64,000 nt of DNA from an uncultured Commensalibacter sp. (GTDB lineage: Bacteria > Pseudomonadota > Alphaproteobacteria > Acetobacterales > Acetobacteraceae): NCBI GenBank assembly GCA_946699565.1, contig CAMPDW010000005.1:20978-84977 (forward strand), written 5' to 3'. The position numbers were made by a program, and so were the translations under genes. The notes under the pieces are model-generated. The model was not told the origin of the DNA. It did no database searches and saw only the letters and a list, made by a program, of their open reading frames with translations. Each line of letters begins with the position of its first letter. Position 1 is the first letter of the stretch. This document shows positions 1 through 10,092 of the stretch, one piece after another.

Positions 1-767
1 CCCATTCCTTTTTGTCCATCATTGGAACCATGACTAAAACTTACACCTGTACAAGTTAAAATCAACAATAAACGAATAGGCCAAGGTGGAGGTTTCCCTT
101 CTTCTGGAACTTTATGAAATGATGGAATAGGTAAAAAATTTTTTAATAAAAACATACCTAAAAAAGCTATGGTAAAACCCGCTAAAGGACTGAAAACTAG
201 TGCCTTAAAAACTTGAATAGCCTGCCCCCAATCAACACCACTTGCTCTATTATTTCCCATCAGGATCTGATTCATAACACCAACACCTAATATAGAACCA
301 ATTAATGTATGTGATGAAGAATTAGGAATGCCAAAAAACCATGTTACTAAATTCCAAATTACTGCTGCAAGCAACAAAGCAAAAACCATGGAAAACCCTG
401 CTTCACTTCCAACCTTAAGAACTAATTCAACGGGAAGCAAAGATACAATCGTAAAAGCCACTGCCCCGCTCGAACATAATACACCCAGAAAGTTCCACAA
501 ACCAGACCAAATAACAGCAACAATTGGCGGTAAAGAATTGCTATAGATCACAGTTGCAACAGCATTTGCTGTATCGTGAAAACCATTAATAAATTCAAAA
601 CCCAAAGCGATAACAAGAGCCAGAGCTAGTAAAACAAAAGCTATAAAAGAAGGATTAGTAACACCTATAATATCTTCTCGAAGATGAAGAATAATATATA
701 CGATACTGCCTAATAAAACTAAGATAAAAGCAGCTTTATTAAAATGCAAATTCTTAGATAGGATCAT
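1..767 (-). CDS. pitA: Inorganic phosphate transporter, PiT/PHO4 family (N-terminal part; gene continues beyond window start)
   Basis: Absent from the ORF track because it runs off the window. Manual minus-strand translation from the ATG (complement at 765-767) gives MILSKNLHFNKAAF...FEFINGFHDTANAVATVIYS...GIPNSSSHTLIGSILGVG...SFSHGSNDGQKGM. GFHDTANAV and SHGSNDGQK are the paired PHO4 signatures. Confidence 0.85.
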   Translation of the reverse strand, partial: MILSKNLHFNKAAFILVLLGSIVYIILHLREDIIGVTNPSFIAFVLLALALVIALGFEFINGFHDTANAVATVIYSNSLPPIVAVIWSGLWNFLGVLCSSGAVAFTIVSLLPVELVLKVGSEAGFSMVFALLLAAVIWNLVTWFFGIPNSSSHTLIGSILGVGVMNQILMGNNRASGVDWGQAIQVFKALVFSPLAGFTIAFLGMFLLKNFLPIPSFHKVPEEGKPPPWPIRLLLILTCTGVSFSHGSNDGQKGM

Positions 768-1264
768 ATTAAAGGCTTTTTCCCTTAACGATAAAATTCG
801 TTTCTGGCATCATCAAATTGATCATGAAATTTACTTTTTTAAAAAACGCTACAATTTAATTAAATAGAATTATCATAAATAGACCAATTTTTTACAACAG
901 CTTGACCCCTTATATAGTCTATATATAATAGTAGGTCATTATAGTTATCCAAACCTTTATTTACGTTTTTATCATTATCAACTTGATTTTACAAAAGAAA
1001 AATAACTTCTCAAGTCATGAAATTAATATCTTAAAAAAATTTTTTATATTTTTTTACAACGTTATTATTAAGATACATTTTATCTTATGTTTACACATCT
1101 AGATTCTGTCTAAATATTTAATGTCCATTTTTCAGTTTTAAGATTAAGAACTATTTTTTAACGTATTTTTTTTATTTTTTCTTTATTTTAACAAAAATAG
1201 TGTTTAAATAAACATTATCTTTCTAAATTGCCTTATCTTCCCTAATGATTGTTTCTAACCTATC

Positions 1265-2665
1265 ATGACAGACAAATTAATTCATCCTATTTCCCATTCT
1301 TATTTTCCCATTACCTTACGAGTTGACGAGAGAAGATTAATTATTATTGGTGGAGGTAAAATAGCAGCACGTAAAATACGACTTCTTTTAAATAAAAATG
1401 CTCAAATTGAGGTTTATGCTGATCAAGTTAACAAAGAATTACAAAATTATTTAAAGCAGAATCAAATCACGCTTTATCCCCCTCTTCAAAACGAACAAGA
1501 ATTTATTCAAATCATATCAGGGGCAGCATTCATTTTTATTACAACAAACAATCAAAATTATAATATCAAAATAGCTCAATGGGCTAGAAAAATTAATATT
1601 CCTGTTTGTACTGTAGATAATGCTGAATTTTCAACTTTTATTACCCCTTCCATTATTGATCGAAATCCTGTCCAGATTGCAATTTCCACAAGTGGACTGG
1701 CTCCTGTATTAGGTCGTCGTATACGACAAAAAATTGAATCCTTATTTGGACAAAACATTCGCCCTCTGGCTCAATTTATCGGAAAATACAGAAATTGGGC
1801 AAAATCAACCTTATCATCTTATCAAGAAAGGCAAAGATTATGGGAAACTTTTATTGATAGTTATGGCGCATCTTTAATTGAAAAAAAAGATGAAAGTAAA
1901 GCGTTCGATTATCTTGAAAAAATTGCTCAGCAACCTGATCTAAAAAAAGGAGAAGTATGGCTGGTTGGTGCTGGACCTGGGGATCCTGATTTATTAACAC
2001 TCAAAGCTCTTCATTATTTACAAAATGCTGATGTTATTTTATACGATAATTTATTATCACCAGAAATTTTGAATTATATTCGTCGTGATGCTTTACTTAT
2101 TTTTGTGGGTAAACAAAAAAATAAACATACTTTTAAACAAGAAGAAATTAATCAAAAACTTATTTATTATGCCCAATTTGGAAAACGTGTGTTACGTCTT
2201 AAAGGAGGTGATCCTTTCATCTTTGGACGAGGTGGAGAGGAAGCTGAAGCCTTAGTAAATGCTAATATTCCTTTTAAAATTATACCTGGAGTCTCTGCTG
2301 CCAATGGATGCGCATCTTATGCTGGTATTCCTTTAACGCATCGAAATTGCGCGCAATCATGTCTGTTTTTAACTGGATATACAAAAAACCCAGAAAAATT
2401 AAATTTGCCCTGGGATACTATGTTAGCAGAAAATCAGACACTAGTCATTTATATGGGTCTTTCTTCCTTATCCATTTTATGCCAAACCCTTATTCATAAA
2501 GGAATGAAATCATCATGGCCAGCTGCCGCTATTGAAAAAGGCACCCTAAAAAACCAACAAGTAATTATAGGAACTTTAAACAGCTTACCTGATTTAGTAA
2601 AACAAAAAAAGTTAAGCAGCCCTGTTTTAATCATAATCGGACAGGTTATTAATTACAGAGTTTGA
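1265..2665 (+). CDS. cysG: Siroheme synthase (precorrin-2 dehydrogenase/ferrochelatase fused to uroporphyrinogen-III C-methyltransferase)
   Basis: 466 aa. N-terminal Rossmann-like IIIGGGKIAARK. C-terminal SUMT domain with VGAGPGDPDLLTLKA and LKGGDPFIFGRGGEE motifs. Confidence 0.9.
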   Translation: MTDKLIHPISHSYFPITLRVDERRLIIIGGGKIAARKIRLLLNKNAQIEVYADQVNKELQNYLKQNQITLYPPLQNEQEFIQIISGAAFIFITTNNQNYNIKIAQWARKINIPVCTVDNAEFSTFITPSIIDRNPVQIAISTSGLAPVLGRRIRQKIESLFGQNIRPLAQFIGKYRNWAKSTLSSYQERQRLWETFIDSYGASLIEKKDESKAFDYLEKIAQQPDLKKGEVWLVGAGPGDPDLLTLKALHYLQNADVILYDNLLSPEILNYIRRDALLIFVGKQKNKHTFKQEEINQKLIYYAQFGKRVLRLKGGDPFIFGRGGEEAEALVNANIPFKIIPGVSAANGCASYAGIPLTHRNCAQSCLFLTGYTKNPEKLNLPWDTMLAENQTLVIYMGLSSLSILCQTLIHKGMKSSWPAAAIEKGTLKNQQVIIGTLNSLPDLVKQKKLSSPVLIIIGQVINYRV

Positions 2666-2673
2666 TAATAATA

Positions 2674-3324
2674 TTAATTAGCATATTTATCATTTAACGC
2701 TATGAAACAAATTTCAGCGGTTTTCTTTCTCCATTGATCAACAAAAGAACCATAACTCAACCCTTTGATAATTGAAAGAGAATGAAGTTGGCCAAAAAGT
2801 ACGAAATCACTCCAGGATAACGAACGGTTCAAATCTAATAAAGGATAATCCTTTATTAGATTTTCCAAACTATCAAGCGCTCTTTGCGCCCGACGAATTA
2901 GGCTAGGATCAGCTAAATCAGAAATAAACCCCCCACCTGATGGATCTTTATTTTGATGAAAATACTTTTTAGCTTCATCCGTCGAAAATTCTGGAAAAGG
3001 CGCATTGATCCATCGAGGATAAGTTAATCGATAAATAAAACGATTAAGTTTATTTGCCCATTCGGTAATTGTTTTAAATTCAGGAAGGTTAATTTTAGGC
3101 GTACCAACTAATTTATCCACATACTGAATAATATCATAGCTCTCTGGCATAAATCGATTTGGTTGATATTCTAATATAGGTAATTGTTTACGACCAATCA
3201 TCTGCATTGGAGTATGAATATCGTCATATAGTAAATAAGATATTTCAATAGAGTAATTTTTTAAAACAAAAATCATTTTTGTCATTACACAAAATGGACA
3301 ATGTTCATAAACATAAAGTTTCAT
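2674..3324 (-). CDS. grxB: Glutaredoxin 2 (GST-like glutaredoxin)
   Basis: 216 aa. N-terminus MKLYVYEHCPFCVMTKMIF carries the CPFC active site. Length and C-terminal GST-like region match Grx2. Confidence 0.85.
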   Translation of the reverse strand: MKLYVYEHCPFCVMTKMIFVLKNYSIEISYLLYDDIHTPMQMIGRKQLPILEYQPNRFMPESYDIIQYVDKLVGTPKINLPEFKTITEWANKLNRFIYRLTYPRWINAPFPEFSTDEAKKYFHQNKDPSGGGFISDLADPSLIRRAQRALDSLENLIKDYPLLDLNRSLSWSDFVLFGQLHSLSIIKGLSYGSFVDQWRKKTAEICFIALNDKYAN

Positions 3325-3486
3325 AATATTTTAATTAGCACCTTTATAAATCATTATTTTTTATTTATTATGTAAGTTAAAAATTAAGGTATATTATATT
3401 TTAATAAAAATTTCTTTAATCATATTAAATAATTTTATAATCATAACCTATAATTAATTATAAATTATCAGTGATGGAAACAAAAA

Positions 3487-3972
3487 ATGTTTTTTAAGAA
3501 AAGATTTCTTTTTCTCATTTCTTTTTTATCTACATTTCCTTTATTACATCCTCTGGCTCAAAATTCAAAAAAAAACCTACAAATCTGGCCAAAAGCTGAA
3601 AAGGGATATCAGAGATTTATTATCCAACTTTCCACCCTTGCCAATGAAGATGCTGCACGAATTGAACTAATTCCGCAAAAAAAGATACTTGTTGATTGTA
3701 ATACCATTTTAATTCATGGAAATATGCAAAGCAAAACAATTCAAGGGTGGGGATATAATTATTATCGTCTAGACTCAATAAGCCTACCTGCTTCTACTCT
3801 TATGGCTTGTCCTAATCAGACAAAACAAAATAAATTAATCTCAATTTCAACCAATTTACCTTTTATAAAATATAACAGTAAATTGCCAATCGTTATTTAT
3901 GTTCCAAAAGATATCAATTTATCATATCGTGTATGGTCTGCTTCAGATTTATATCAAGGAACTTCAAAATAA
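3487..3972 (+). CDS. eco: Ecotin, periplasmic serine-protease inhibitor
   Basis: 161 aa with an N-terminal signal peptide. Colinear with E. coli ecotin as I recall it: PKAEKGYQRFIIQL, VDCN, GWGYNYY, reactive loop ASTLMACP (E. coli VSTMMACP), YNSKLPIVIY, YRVW. Confidence 0.9.
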   Translation: MFFKKRFLFLISFLSTFPLLHPLAQNSKKNLQIWPKAEKGYQRFIIQLSTLANEDAARIELIPQKKILVDCNTILIHGNMQSKTIQGWGYNYYRLDSISLPASTLMACPNQTKQNKLISISTNLPFIKYNSKLPIVIYVPKDINLSYRVWSASDLYQGTSK

Positions 3973-4010
3973 AATTTTTTACCCTTTCATCTAATTTATA
4001 AAAATTTATT

Positions 4011-4775
4011 ATGCAACCGATTTATTTAATTAATCTTCCTAACCATAAAGAGAAGCTACTTAAATTTAAAAAGCAAAATTCATTTTTGCTAAATCATGTC
4101 TATGTTTTTGAAGCCTATAATGGGCAATCTTTATCTCGTCGCCAACTTATATTAAACAAATATATTACTGAAAGAAACAATTATGATCCCCGTTCACTTG
4201 GCATCATGATGTCTCATGTAGAATTATGGAAAATTGCCGCCAAAAGCAAACATGGTATTATTATAGCGGAAGATGATGTTATTATTCATAGTGATTTTAT
4301 TGAACAATCAAAACAAATTATTAAAAATTATCCCACATATGATCTAATTGCATGGTCATATAATTTGGATTGGCCAATTCAAATGAATGTAGCCAAAGGT
4401 TTACCAACCGTTTTAACATCATATAAAATTAAAGTTGGAGACCCTCAATTTAACCCCGATGGACAAATTGGTTTTTATGGTGATAAAATTAATCAGAAAG
4501 AATATTTTAATTCCATCATTCACCCTAAACTTACAAAAGTTTTAATGTTTACAGGATTATCTTTTTATAGCATTTCACCAAAAGGTGCCAAATATTTACT
4601 AAACCAACTTCCTATTGATAATGAAAATCTTTATTTTATTAGTTATGAAAGATTTTATTTTAATCAATCCGGAATAGATATGTCACTAGCAAAATTTTAT
4701 CCAAATATGGAAGCTTATATTTGTTCACCTTTTCTGGCTTTTTCACCAAATGAAAAACAATGGTTAAAAGATTAA
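4011..4775 (+). CDS. Glycosyltransferase family 25 (LPS/LOS core glycosyltransferase-like)
   Basis: 254 aa. N-terminus IYLINLPNHKEK, plus GIMMSHVELWK and IIAEDDVIIHSDF (SH..LW and EDD motifs typical of GT25). Confidence 0.75.
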   Translation: MQPIYLINLPNHKEKLLKFKKQNSFLLNHVYVFEAYNGQSLSRRQLILNKYITERNNYDPRSLGIMMSHVELWKIAAKSKHGIIIAEDDVIIHSDFIEQSKQIIKNYPTYDLIAWSYNLDWPIQMNVAKGLPTVLTSYKIKVGDPQFNPDGQIGFYGDKINQKEYFNSIIHPKLTKVLMFTGLSFYSISPKGAKYLLNQLPIDNENLYFISYERFYFNQSGIDMSLAKFYPNMEAYICSPFLAFSPNEKQWLKD

Positions 4776-6521
4776 TAATTCAATAAATAATTTTTTTATT
4801 TTTAAACTTAAATTTTTATTCAAAGAATATGATTGATGTAAATAAACAGCTTCAAAACAAATCTTATCTTTTTGTTGTATTGGATAGCTATATGAAAATG
4901 TTAGTTTAGGACTAGCGCAAACAGTGTTTGTAACATCATTTACATAAGGGACAAGAGGGAATTCCATTTCATAAATCGGTTGAGAATTTATATTTTTATT
5001 TGACTTCAAGATTTTCATAACAAGTTGGTCACCTGCATGATAAGAAATAGGTCCTGATAAATCAATTTCTTCTTCTTCAAATATAAACCACCCATTTAAT
5101 TGCAATAAACCATTTTGTGGAACACTCCAGCTTTCATTACTTCTTTTCCATTCACCCGATATGTATTGTAATGACGGTGATTGATCCAATATTAATTTAT
5201 GTGCCATCATCATTTTCTCATTTGATGCAGGAATACCAAAATTTTCCTTGAATATCTCAAAATGGTGATAATAATGATTTGTTTCTAATTTATACGATGA
5301 CGAATCATTACCATTCCTAGGTATTTTTTTTGTGATTGATGGTCTTATCTCAACAATCTTATCATCATCTGAATATGAATAATCTGAAGAAATCACTGAT
5401 AAATTTGGTTTTCCAGAAGGAATATTATTCTCTTTTTCTAAAGAAAAAGCATTGTTCAAAGAATGATCATTTAAAAGGTACCAATCATCAATAGATTGTG
5501 GCTTTTCCTTGATTGAACAAAGTAAAACAGGGCTAGTTTTAGAATTATAATTTTGACACAAAATAAGTACGCCCATTGGAACATTTTTTGGGAGTTCTTC
5601 AACAGTAAATAAAGCTAATTGAAGAAAATCTGATGAAAGATGTTTAGTGGAAACGACCCCATCACATCCAATATACATATTCTTGGGTTTATTTCCCAAT
5701 GATGCAATATAAAGACTTTGCCCAGAAATCATTCCATCTGTAATAATTGAAATTCCTTTCCCTAAGGGTTTGCCTGAAATACAAGCATTTGTATGTACTG
5801 TTTTTACTTTTAAATTTCCTTGAATAGACAAATCTCCTTTTTTATTGGATTGAATTTTACCCTCATCAGCATATAAATTTTCTAAAGTTTTGGATGAACT
5901 AGTCTGATCATGTATTCTATAATTAATATTAACGGGTGCAACTAGACCCTGTAATGCCAATATTCCGTTCCATTTTTCATCTATATTAGGATTATATTGC
6001 CAAAGTTGAAAATTATTTTCATTTAAAATCAAATCACCTTCAATCCAACGGGAACCAAATTCCTGTTGATAATTGTTCTTAGGGTCTGAATCCAACACCC
6101 ATAATTCGGGTTGCCTTATATTTTTTTTATATTCATATTCTGCTTTTGCTTGACTTATAACATCCAACAAAATTGTATAAACCTGTTCCAATCCAGAATC
6201 TGAAATAATTTTGAATAAAATAGTTGATTTGGTATTTGCTTTTCCTCCTGTTATAGTAACAAGAAATTTTCGTTTAGAAAAAACAAAATCATTTAAAATA
6301 ACAGTCGAATCTCCACATTGATAAGCAACGTTTTTAATATAAAAATTTGGATGTAAAACATAGGACAAATCTATTTGATAAGTTAAAGGATTTCCTTCAA
6401 CCAGTCGAATAAAATCAATTCGATAACCTTTTTGTAAAACAGGCAATATGGTTAATTTACTTTGTGAAAAATAAGGCATCATCAATCGTTTACAGCCTTT
6501 TTTGAACACATTTAAAATCAT
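4764..6521 (-). CDS. Hypothetical protein, 585 aa, no domain recognised
   Basis: Long uninterrupted ORF in an AT-rich genome where random frames close quickly. No signal peptide, TM segment or known motif seen. Its 3' end overlaps the convergent GT25 gene by 12 nt. Confidence 0.6.
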   Translation of the reverse strand: MILNVFKKGCKRLMMPYFSQSKLTILPVLQKGYRIDFIRLVEGNPLTYQIDLSYVLHPNFYIKNVAYQCGDSTVILNDFVFSKRKFLVTITGGKANTKSTILFKIISDSGLEQVYTILLDVISQAKAEYEYKKNIRQPELWVLDSDPKNNYQQEFGSRWIEGDLILNENNFQLWQYNPNIDEKWNGILALQGLVAPVNINYRIHDQTSSSKTLENLYADEGKIQSNKKGDLSIQGNLKVKTVHTNACISGKPLGKGISIITDGMISGQSLYIASLGNKPKNMYIGCDGVVSTKHLSSDFLQLALFTVEELPKNVPMGVLILCQNYNSKTSPVLLCSIKEKPQSIDDWYLLNDHSLNNAFSLEKENNIPSGKPNLSVISSDYSYSDDDKIVEIRPSITKKIPRNGNDSSSYKLETNHYYHHFEIFKENFGIPASNEKMMMAHKLILDQSPSLQYISGEWKRSNESWSVPQNGLLQLNGWFIFEEEEIDLSGPISYHAGDQLVMKILKSNKNINSQPIYEMEFPLVPYVNDVTNTVCASPKLTFSYSYPIQQKDKICFEAVYLHQSYSLNKNLSLKIKKLFIELLIF

Positions 6522-6714
6522 CTATCCTGCCTTTACTTTTAAAATAACAATATAATATTCATTTTAATTTATAAAAAAATAGTATATTAAATGAAATTAA
6601 AATATGAAATATTGACAAACAAATATAATTTAATTTTATAAATGTCTGTTTGTATTATAATACATTTTTTACAACTTACTTTTTAAGATTTTTATTTTTT
6701 TCTTATGTTTAAAC

Positions 6715-7776
6715 TTGTCATCAGCAACCTTGACATATAGAAAAACGGACAAAACCAATTTAATGCACAAAACGAATCATTCCTTTATTCAAGAAAAAAA
6801 ACATATTCTTATTATTACAACAGGCGGAACGATTGCAGGTACCACAATCAAAAACTTGGAATATAAAGCAGGCAATACAAAAGGCGAAGAACTTATTGCT
6901 TCCATACCTACATTAAAACAAATTGCAACTCTTAAAATTGATCCCATATCCCAAATCGGATCACAAGATATGAACGATGCAGTGTTATTAAAAATTGCAA
7001 AACGTATTCAAATGGCTGAAAAAGATCCTACTTTATCTGGAATTGTTATAACGCATGGTACTGATACGATGGAGGAAACAGCTTTTTTCCTTGATAAAGT
7101 TATAACATCAACCAAACCTATTATATTAACAGGTGCAATAAGGCCCCCAAATTTCATAAGCGCTGACGGAGCATCGAACCTTATCAGCGCTATAACTCTT
7201 GCCACTAAATCGAAGGCCTATCATTATCCTGTCATGATTGTTATGAATGATACGATTTTTGATGCACGTAACGTGCAAAAAAACAATACAACAAATTTAC
7301 AAACTTTTCAGGCTCCTAATACTGGTCCAATAGGTATCATCAATAATAATCATGTTTATTTTTATCATGCTCCTAATCATACGAACACACATTCCTACAA
7401 ACTACCTAAGAAAGCACCTTTTCCCCGCGTAGATATTATTTACGCTCATATTCAGATGGATGGCAAACTTATCCGTGATGCTATTCATAGAGGTGCAAAA
7501 GGTATTGTATTGGCTGGCGTTGGTAACGGGAATAGTTCGACTGAAGCTTTAAAAACTTTAAAAGAAGCCACGCAACAAGGAATTATCGTTGTTCGATCAA
7601 GTCGTACAGGAAGCGGATTTGTCAATCGCAATATTGAGATCAATGACGATGAAAACCGATTTATCGTTGCTGCAGATCTAAACCCTCAAAAAGCAAGAAT
7701 ATTGTTACAAATTCTTTTAGCTAATCAAATTCATGATCTGCATCAAATTCAACAGGCTTTTTATAAATTGAATTAA
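6715..7776 (+). CDS. ansB: L-asparaginase, type II fold, no obvious signal peptide
   Basis: Motifs ILIITTGGTIAG, ITHGTDTMEETAFFL and IVLAGVGNGN. The track start is TTG at 6715; an ATG at 6763 (MHKTNHS...) is an alternative start. Confidence 0.9.
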   Translation: MSSATLTYRKTDKTNLMHKTNHSFIQEKKHILIITTGGTIAGTTIKNLEYKAGNTKGEELIASIPTLKQIATLKIDPISQIGSQDMNDAVLLKIAKRIQMAEKDPTLSGIVITHGTDTMEETAFFLDKVITSTKPIILTGAIRPPNFISADGASNLISAITLATKSKAYHYPVMIVMNDTIFDARNVQKNNTTNLQTFQAPNTGPIGIINNNHVYFYHAPNHTNTHSYKLPKKAPFPRVDIIYAHIQMDGKLIRDAIHRGAKGIVLAGVGNGNSSTEALKTLKEATQQGIIVVRSSRTGSGFVNRNIEINDDENRFIVAADLNPQKARILLQILLANQIHDLHQIQQAFYKLN

Positions 7777-7950
7777 TATTGATTATTCCACTTTTTAAAT
7801 TAATCTCAACGTTACATATGATTTTTGCTAAATTTTATACTATCTGCGCTAAAATATATTGATCTTGAGCTTGATAATCAAAAACAAATACGTTTATCTT
7901 AAAAAATATTTCCATTAAATAACTATAACCCGTCAATTAGGAATTCTAGA

Positions 7951-8466
7951 TTGATAAAAAATTTTGTAAAAACATCTCTTTTTTTTATTAGTGCAATGCT
8001 TATCTTAACGCATATTGTTGATGGAAAGCCAATTCATCATTTACGGAATCAAAAAGAAAATTCTCAAAAAAAACAAACTTTTTTTCCCTATCAATTAGAA
8101 ATTTTCGAAAATCATAACGACTTGAATAAAAATTATATCATCACCATGGATACTCATCATTTAGGAACAACTTTGCTAACCTTTAATTCTCCAACCTGTC
8201 AAGCAAATGCTCAAGGAACAACAAAACTTATTTCTGAAAACCCTACGAAACTAGAATTTACATCTAAAGAAGATCCTTATTGTAAAATAACCATGCAAGT
8301 TACAAGACAAAATCAATTAAAAATATTAAAGGAAACAATACCCTGCAGTACATGGCATGGAGATTTTTGTTCATTTACGACGTTATCAACCTTAAATCAT
8401 GTATATCCTTCCTCAACAAAGGAAAAAACATCTATAGATCTTAACAAAAAGGATGTTTCACCATGA
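7951..8466 (+). CDS. Secreted 4-cysteine protein (paralog A)
   Basis: 171 aa with a hydrophobic N-terminal signal-like segment. Shares its Cys pattern with the next ORF. TTG start per the track. Confidence 0.6.
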   Translation: MIKNFVKTSLFFISAMLILTHIVDGKPIHHLRNQKENSQKKQTFFPYQLEIFENHNDLNKNYIITMDTHHLGTTLLTFNSPTCQANAQGTTKLISENPTKLEFTSKEDPYCKITMQVTRQNQLKILKETIPCSTWHGDFCSFTTLSTLNHVYPSSTKEKTSIDLNKKDVSP

Positions 8467-8909
8467 AATTATTATCCTTTTTAATGCAAGAAACCATTCT
8501 TTTAAATATTTCTTTTTTACTATTCTTTCCTATCAATGATTATGCTCAAGAGCCTTCGCAATCAATTACAGAACAAACGATAAAAAAGAATCCGATTAAT
8601 CTTATCCTTTATGAATCAAGAACAAAAAAAAGTTATGCATATGTGACTTATATGCCTTATTATCCTGCTTATGGCATGATTCACTATAATACTGCACATT
8701 GCAAAATTGAAATGACAGGATTTATTGACCCTTTCGAACTGAAAAAAAACAAATTAATTATCAGCTATAAAAAATGTAAAGTGTCTTTTGATCAAAAAGG
8801 AAAAATACTTGCGAATCCTTCAGAAACAGAATCTTGTCAAAATCTACATTCAGATAAATGCAATTTTACCGCTATTCCTGATTTGACAGAAACGCATCTT
8901 CACTTTTAA
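8463..8909 (+). CDS. Secreted 4-cysteine protein (paralog B)
   Basis: 148 aa. Its start overlaps the stop of the preceding ORF (ATGA at 8463-8466). Same motif: C-x24-CKV-x17-C-x3-H-x-D-x-C-x-FT. Confidence 0.6.
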   Translation: MKLLSFLMQETILLNISFLLFFPINDYAQEPSQSITEQTIKKNPINLILYESRTKKSYAYVTYMPYYPAYGMIHYNTAHCKIEMTGFIDPFELKKNKLIISYKKCKVSFDQKGKILANPSETESCQNLHSDKCNFTAIPDLTETHLHF

Positions 8910-8928
8910 ACTTTAAATACAGATTGAT

Positions 8929-8967
8929 AAAATCATACGCAAACGATTTTATTACGTATGATTTTTT
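8929..8967. terminator. Hairpin terminator between convergent genes
   Basis: AAAATCATACG (8929-8939) pairs with CGTATGATTTT (8955-8965) and is followed by a T-run. It lies between the + gene ending at 8909 and gldA ending at 8971. Confidence 0.6.
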
Positions 8968-8970
8968 ATA

Positions 8971-10092
8971 TTATAATACGATACTATTACTTTTTAGCCA
9001 TTGATGACCAATATGATCTGCTGTCATGATTGCTGCAAAAACGAGATCTTCGGTAACCTCAAAAGGCATATTATGTATTGTATCTTCTTTTGCACAACTT
9101 GCCTTAGCAACTTTCTTAATTTTTTCCTCAAAATTAACGCCTTTTTTTATCTTTAATTGACTCAATGTTACAGGAAGTCCCATTTGAACACAAAAATCCA
9201 AAACGGTTTCCAATTCTTTCTGTTTTGCATTTTCAAGAATCAATTGAGATAATGTTCCAAACGCAACTTTCTCGCCATGCAACATAGAATGACATTCTTC
9301 AAGTACAGTTAAACCATTATGAATTGCATGAGCAGCGGCTAAACCAGAACTTTCAAATCCAATTCCACTTAAATAGGTATTCGCTTCAATAATATGATCA
9401 ACAGCCTTTATCGCTACACCTGTTTCAACAGCAGCTTTTGCCTTTAAACCCTCCTTCAATAAAGTTTCATAACAAAGTCTAGCTAAATTTAAAGCCGCCA
9501 ACGTAGATTGTCCACCTGCCATAGAAATTGCTCTTGCTTCGTAACAGGCCCTTGCTTCAAAATAAGTTGATAATGCATCACCCATCCCTGAAATTAACAA
9601 ACGAATAGGTGCTTTGGCAATAATTGTACTATCCATAATAACCATTTCAGGATTTGTTGGATACATCAAATATTCTTCAAAAGCCCCTTCTTCAGTATAA
9701 ATAACAGATAAAGCACTTGTAGGCGCATCATTCGAAGCAGCCGTTGGAACAATTAAGACAGGAACTTTATTATAAAATGCAACGGCTTTAGCTGTATCAA
9801 GAGCTTTACCACCTCCAATACCAATAATTCCCTTGCACTGTTGCGCTTTTAAAACTGCACCCAGACGATTAATTTCTTTTTTACTACATTCACCGTTAAA
9901 AATTTCAAAATATGATTGAACAGATGCTGTTTGCATTGCTTGTTTTACAATAGCCTTTGTCAAATTCATAACAAAGTTATCAGCAATAATTATATAGCTA
10001 TCTGTTAACATTTTTGCATATTTTCCAAGATCTTCTAGTGCATTTGGACCCTGAATATATTTAGAAGGAGATTGGATAATTGTTAGCATCAT
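8971..10092 (-). CDS. gldA: Glycerol dehydrogenase (iron-containing ADH family)
   Basis: 373 aa, near-colinear with E. coli GldA as recalled: IIQSPSKYIQG, GIGGGKALDTAKA, NDAPTSALSVIYTEEG, IEANTYLSGIGFESSGLAAAHAIHNGL, HGEKVAFGTL. Confidence 0.92.
   Translation of the reverse strand: MMLTIIQSPSKYIQGPNALEDLGKYAKMLTDSYIIIADNFVMNLTKAIVKQAMQTASVQSYFEIFNGECSKKEINRLGAVLKAQQCKGIIGIGGGKALDTAKAVAFYNKVPVLIVPTAASNDAPTSALSVIYTEEGAFEEYLMYPTNPEMVIMDSTIIAKAPIRLLISGMGDALSTYFEARACYEARAISMAGGQSTLAALNLARLCYETLLKEGLKAKAAVETGVAIKAVDHIIEANTYLSGIGFESSGLAAAHAIHNGLTVLEECHSMLHGEKVAFGTLSQLILENAKQKELETVLDFCVQMGLPVTLSQLKIKKGVNFEEKIKKVAKASCAKEDTIHNMPFEVTEDLVFAAIMTADHIGHQWLKSNSIVL

Noticed and set aside
4764-6521. The 585-aa orphan as a phage tail fibre or receptor-binding protein remnant.
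   Set aside because: No flanking phage genes (integrase, terminase, capsid, baseplate), att-like repeats or tRNA junction are present. The idea rests only on size and beta-rich appearance.
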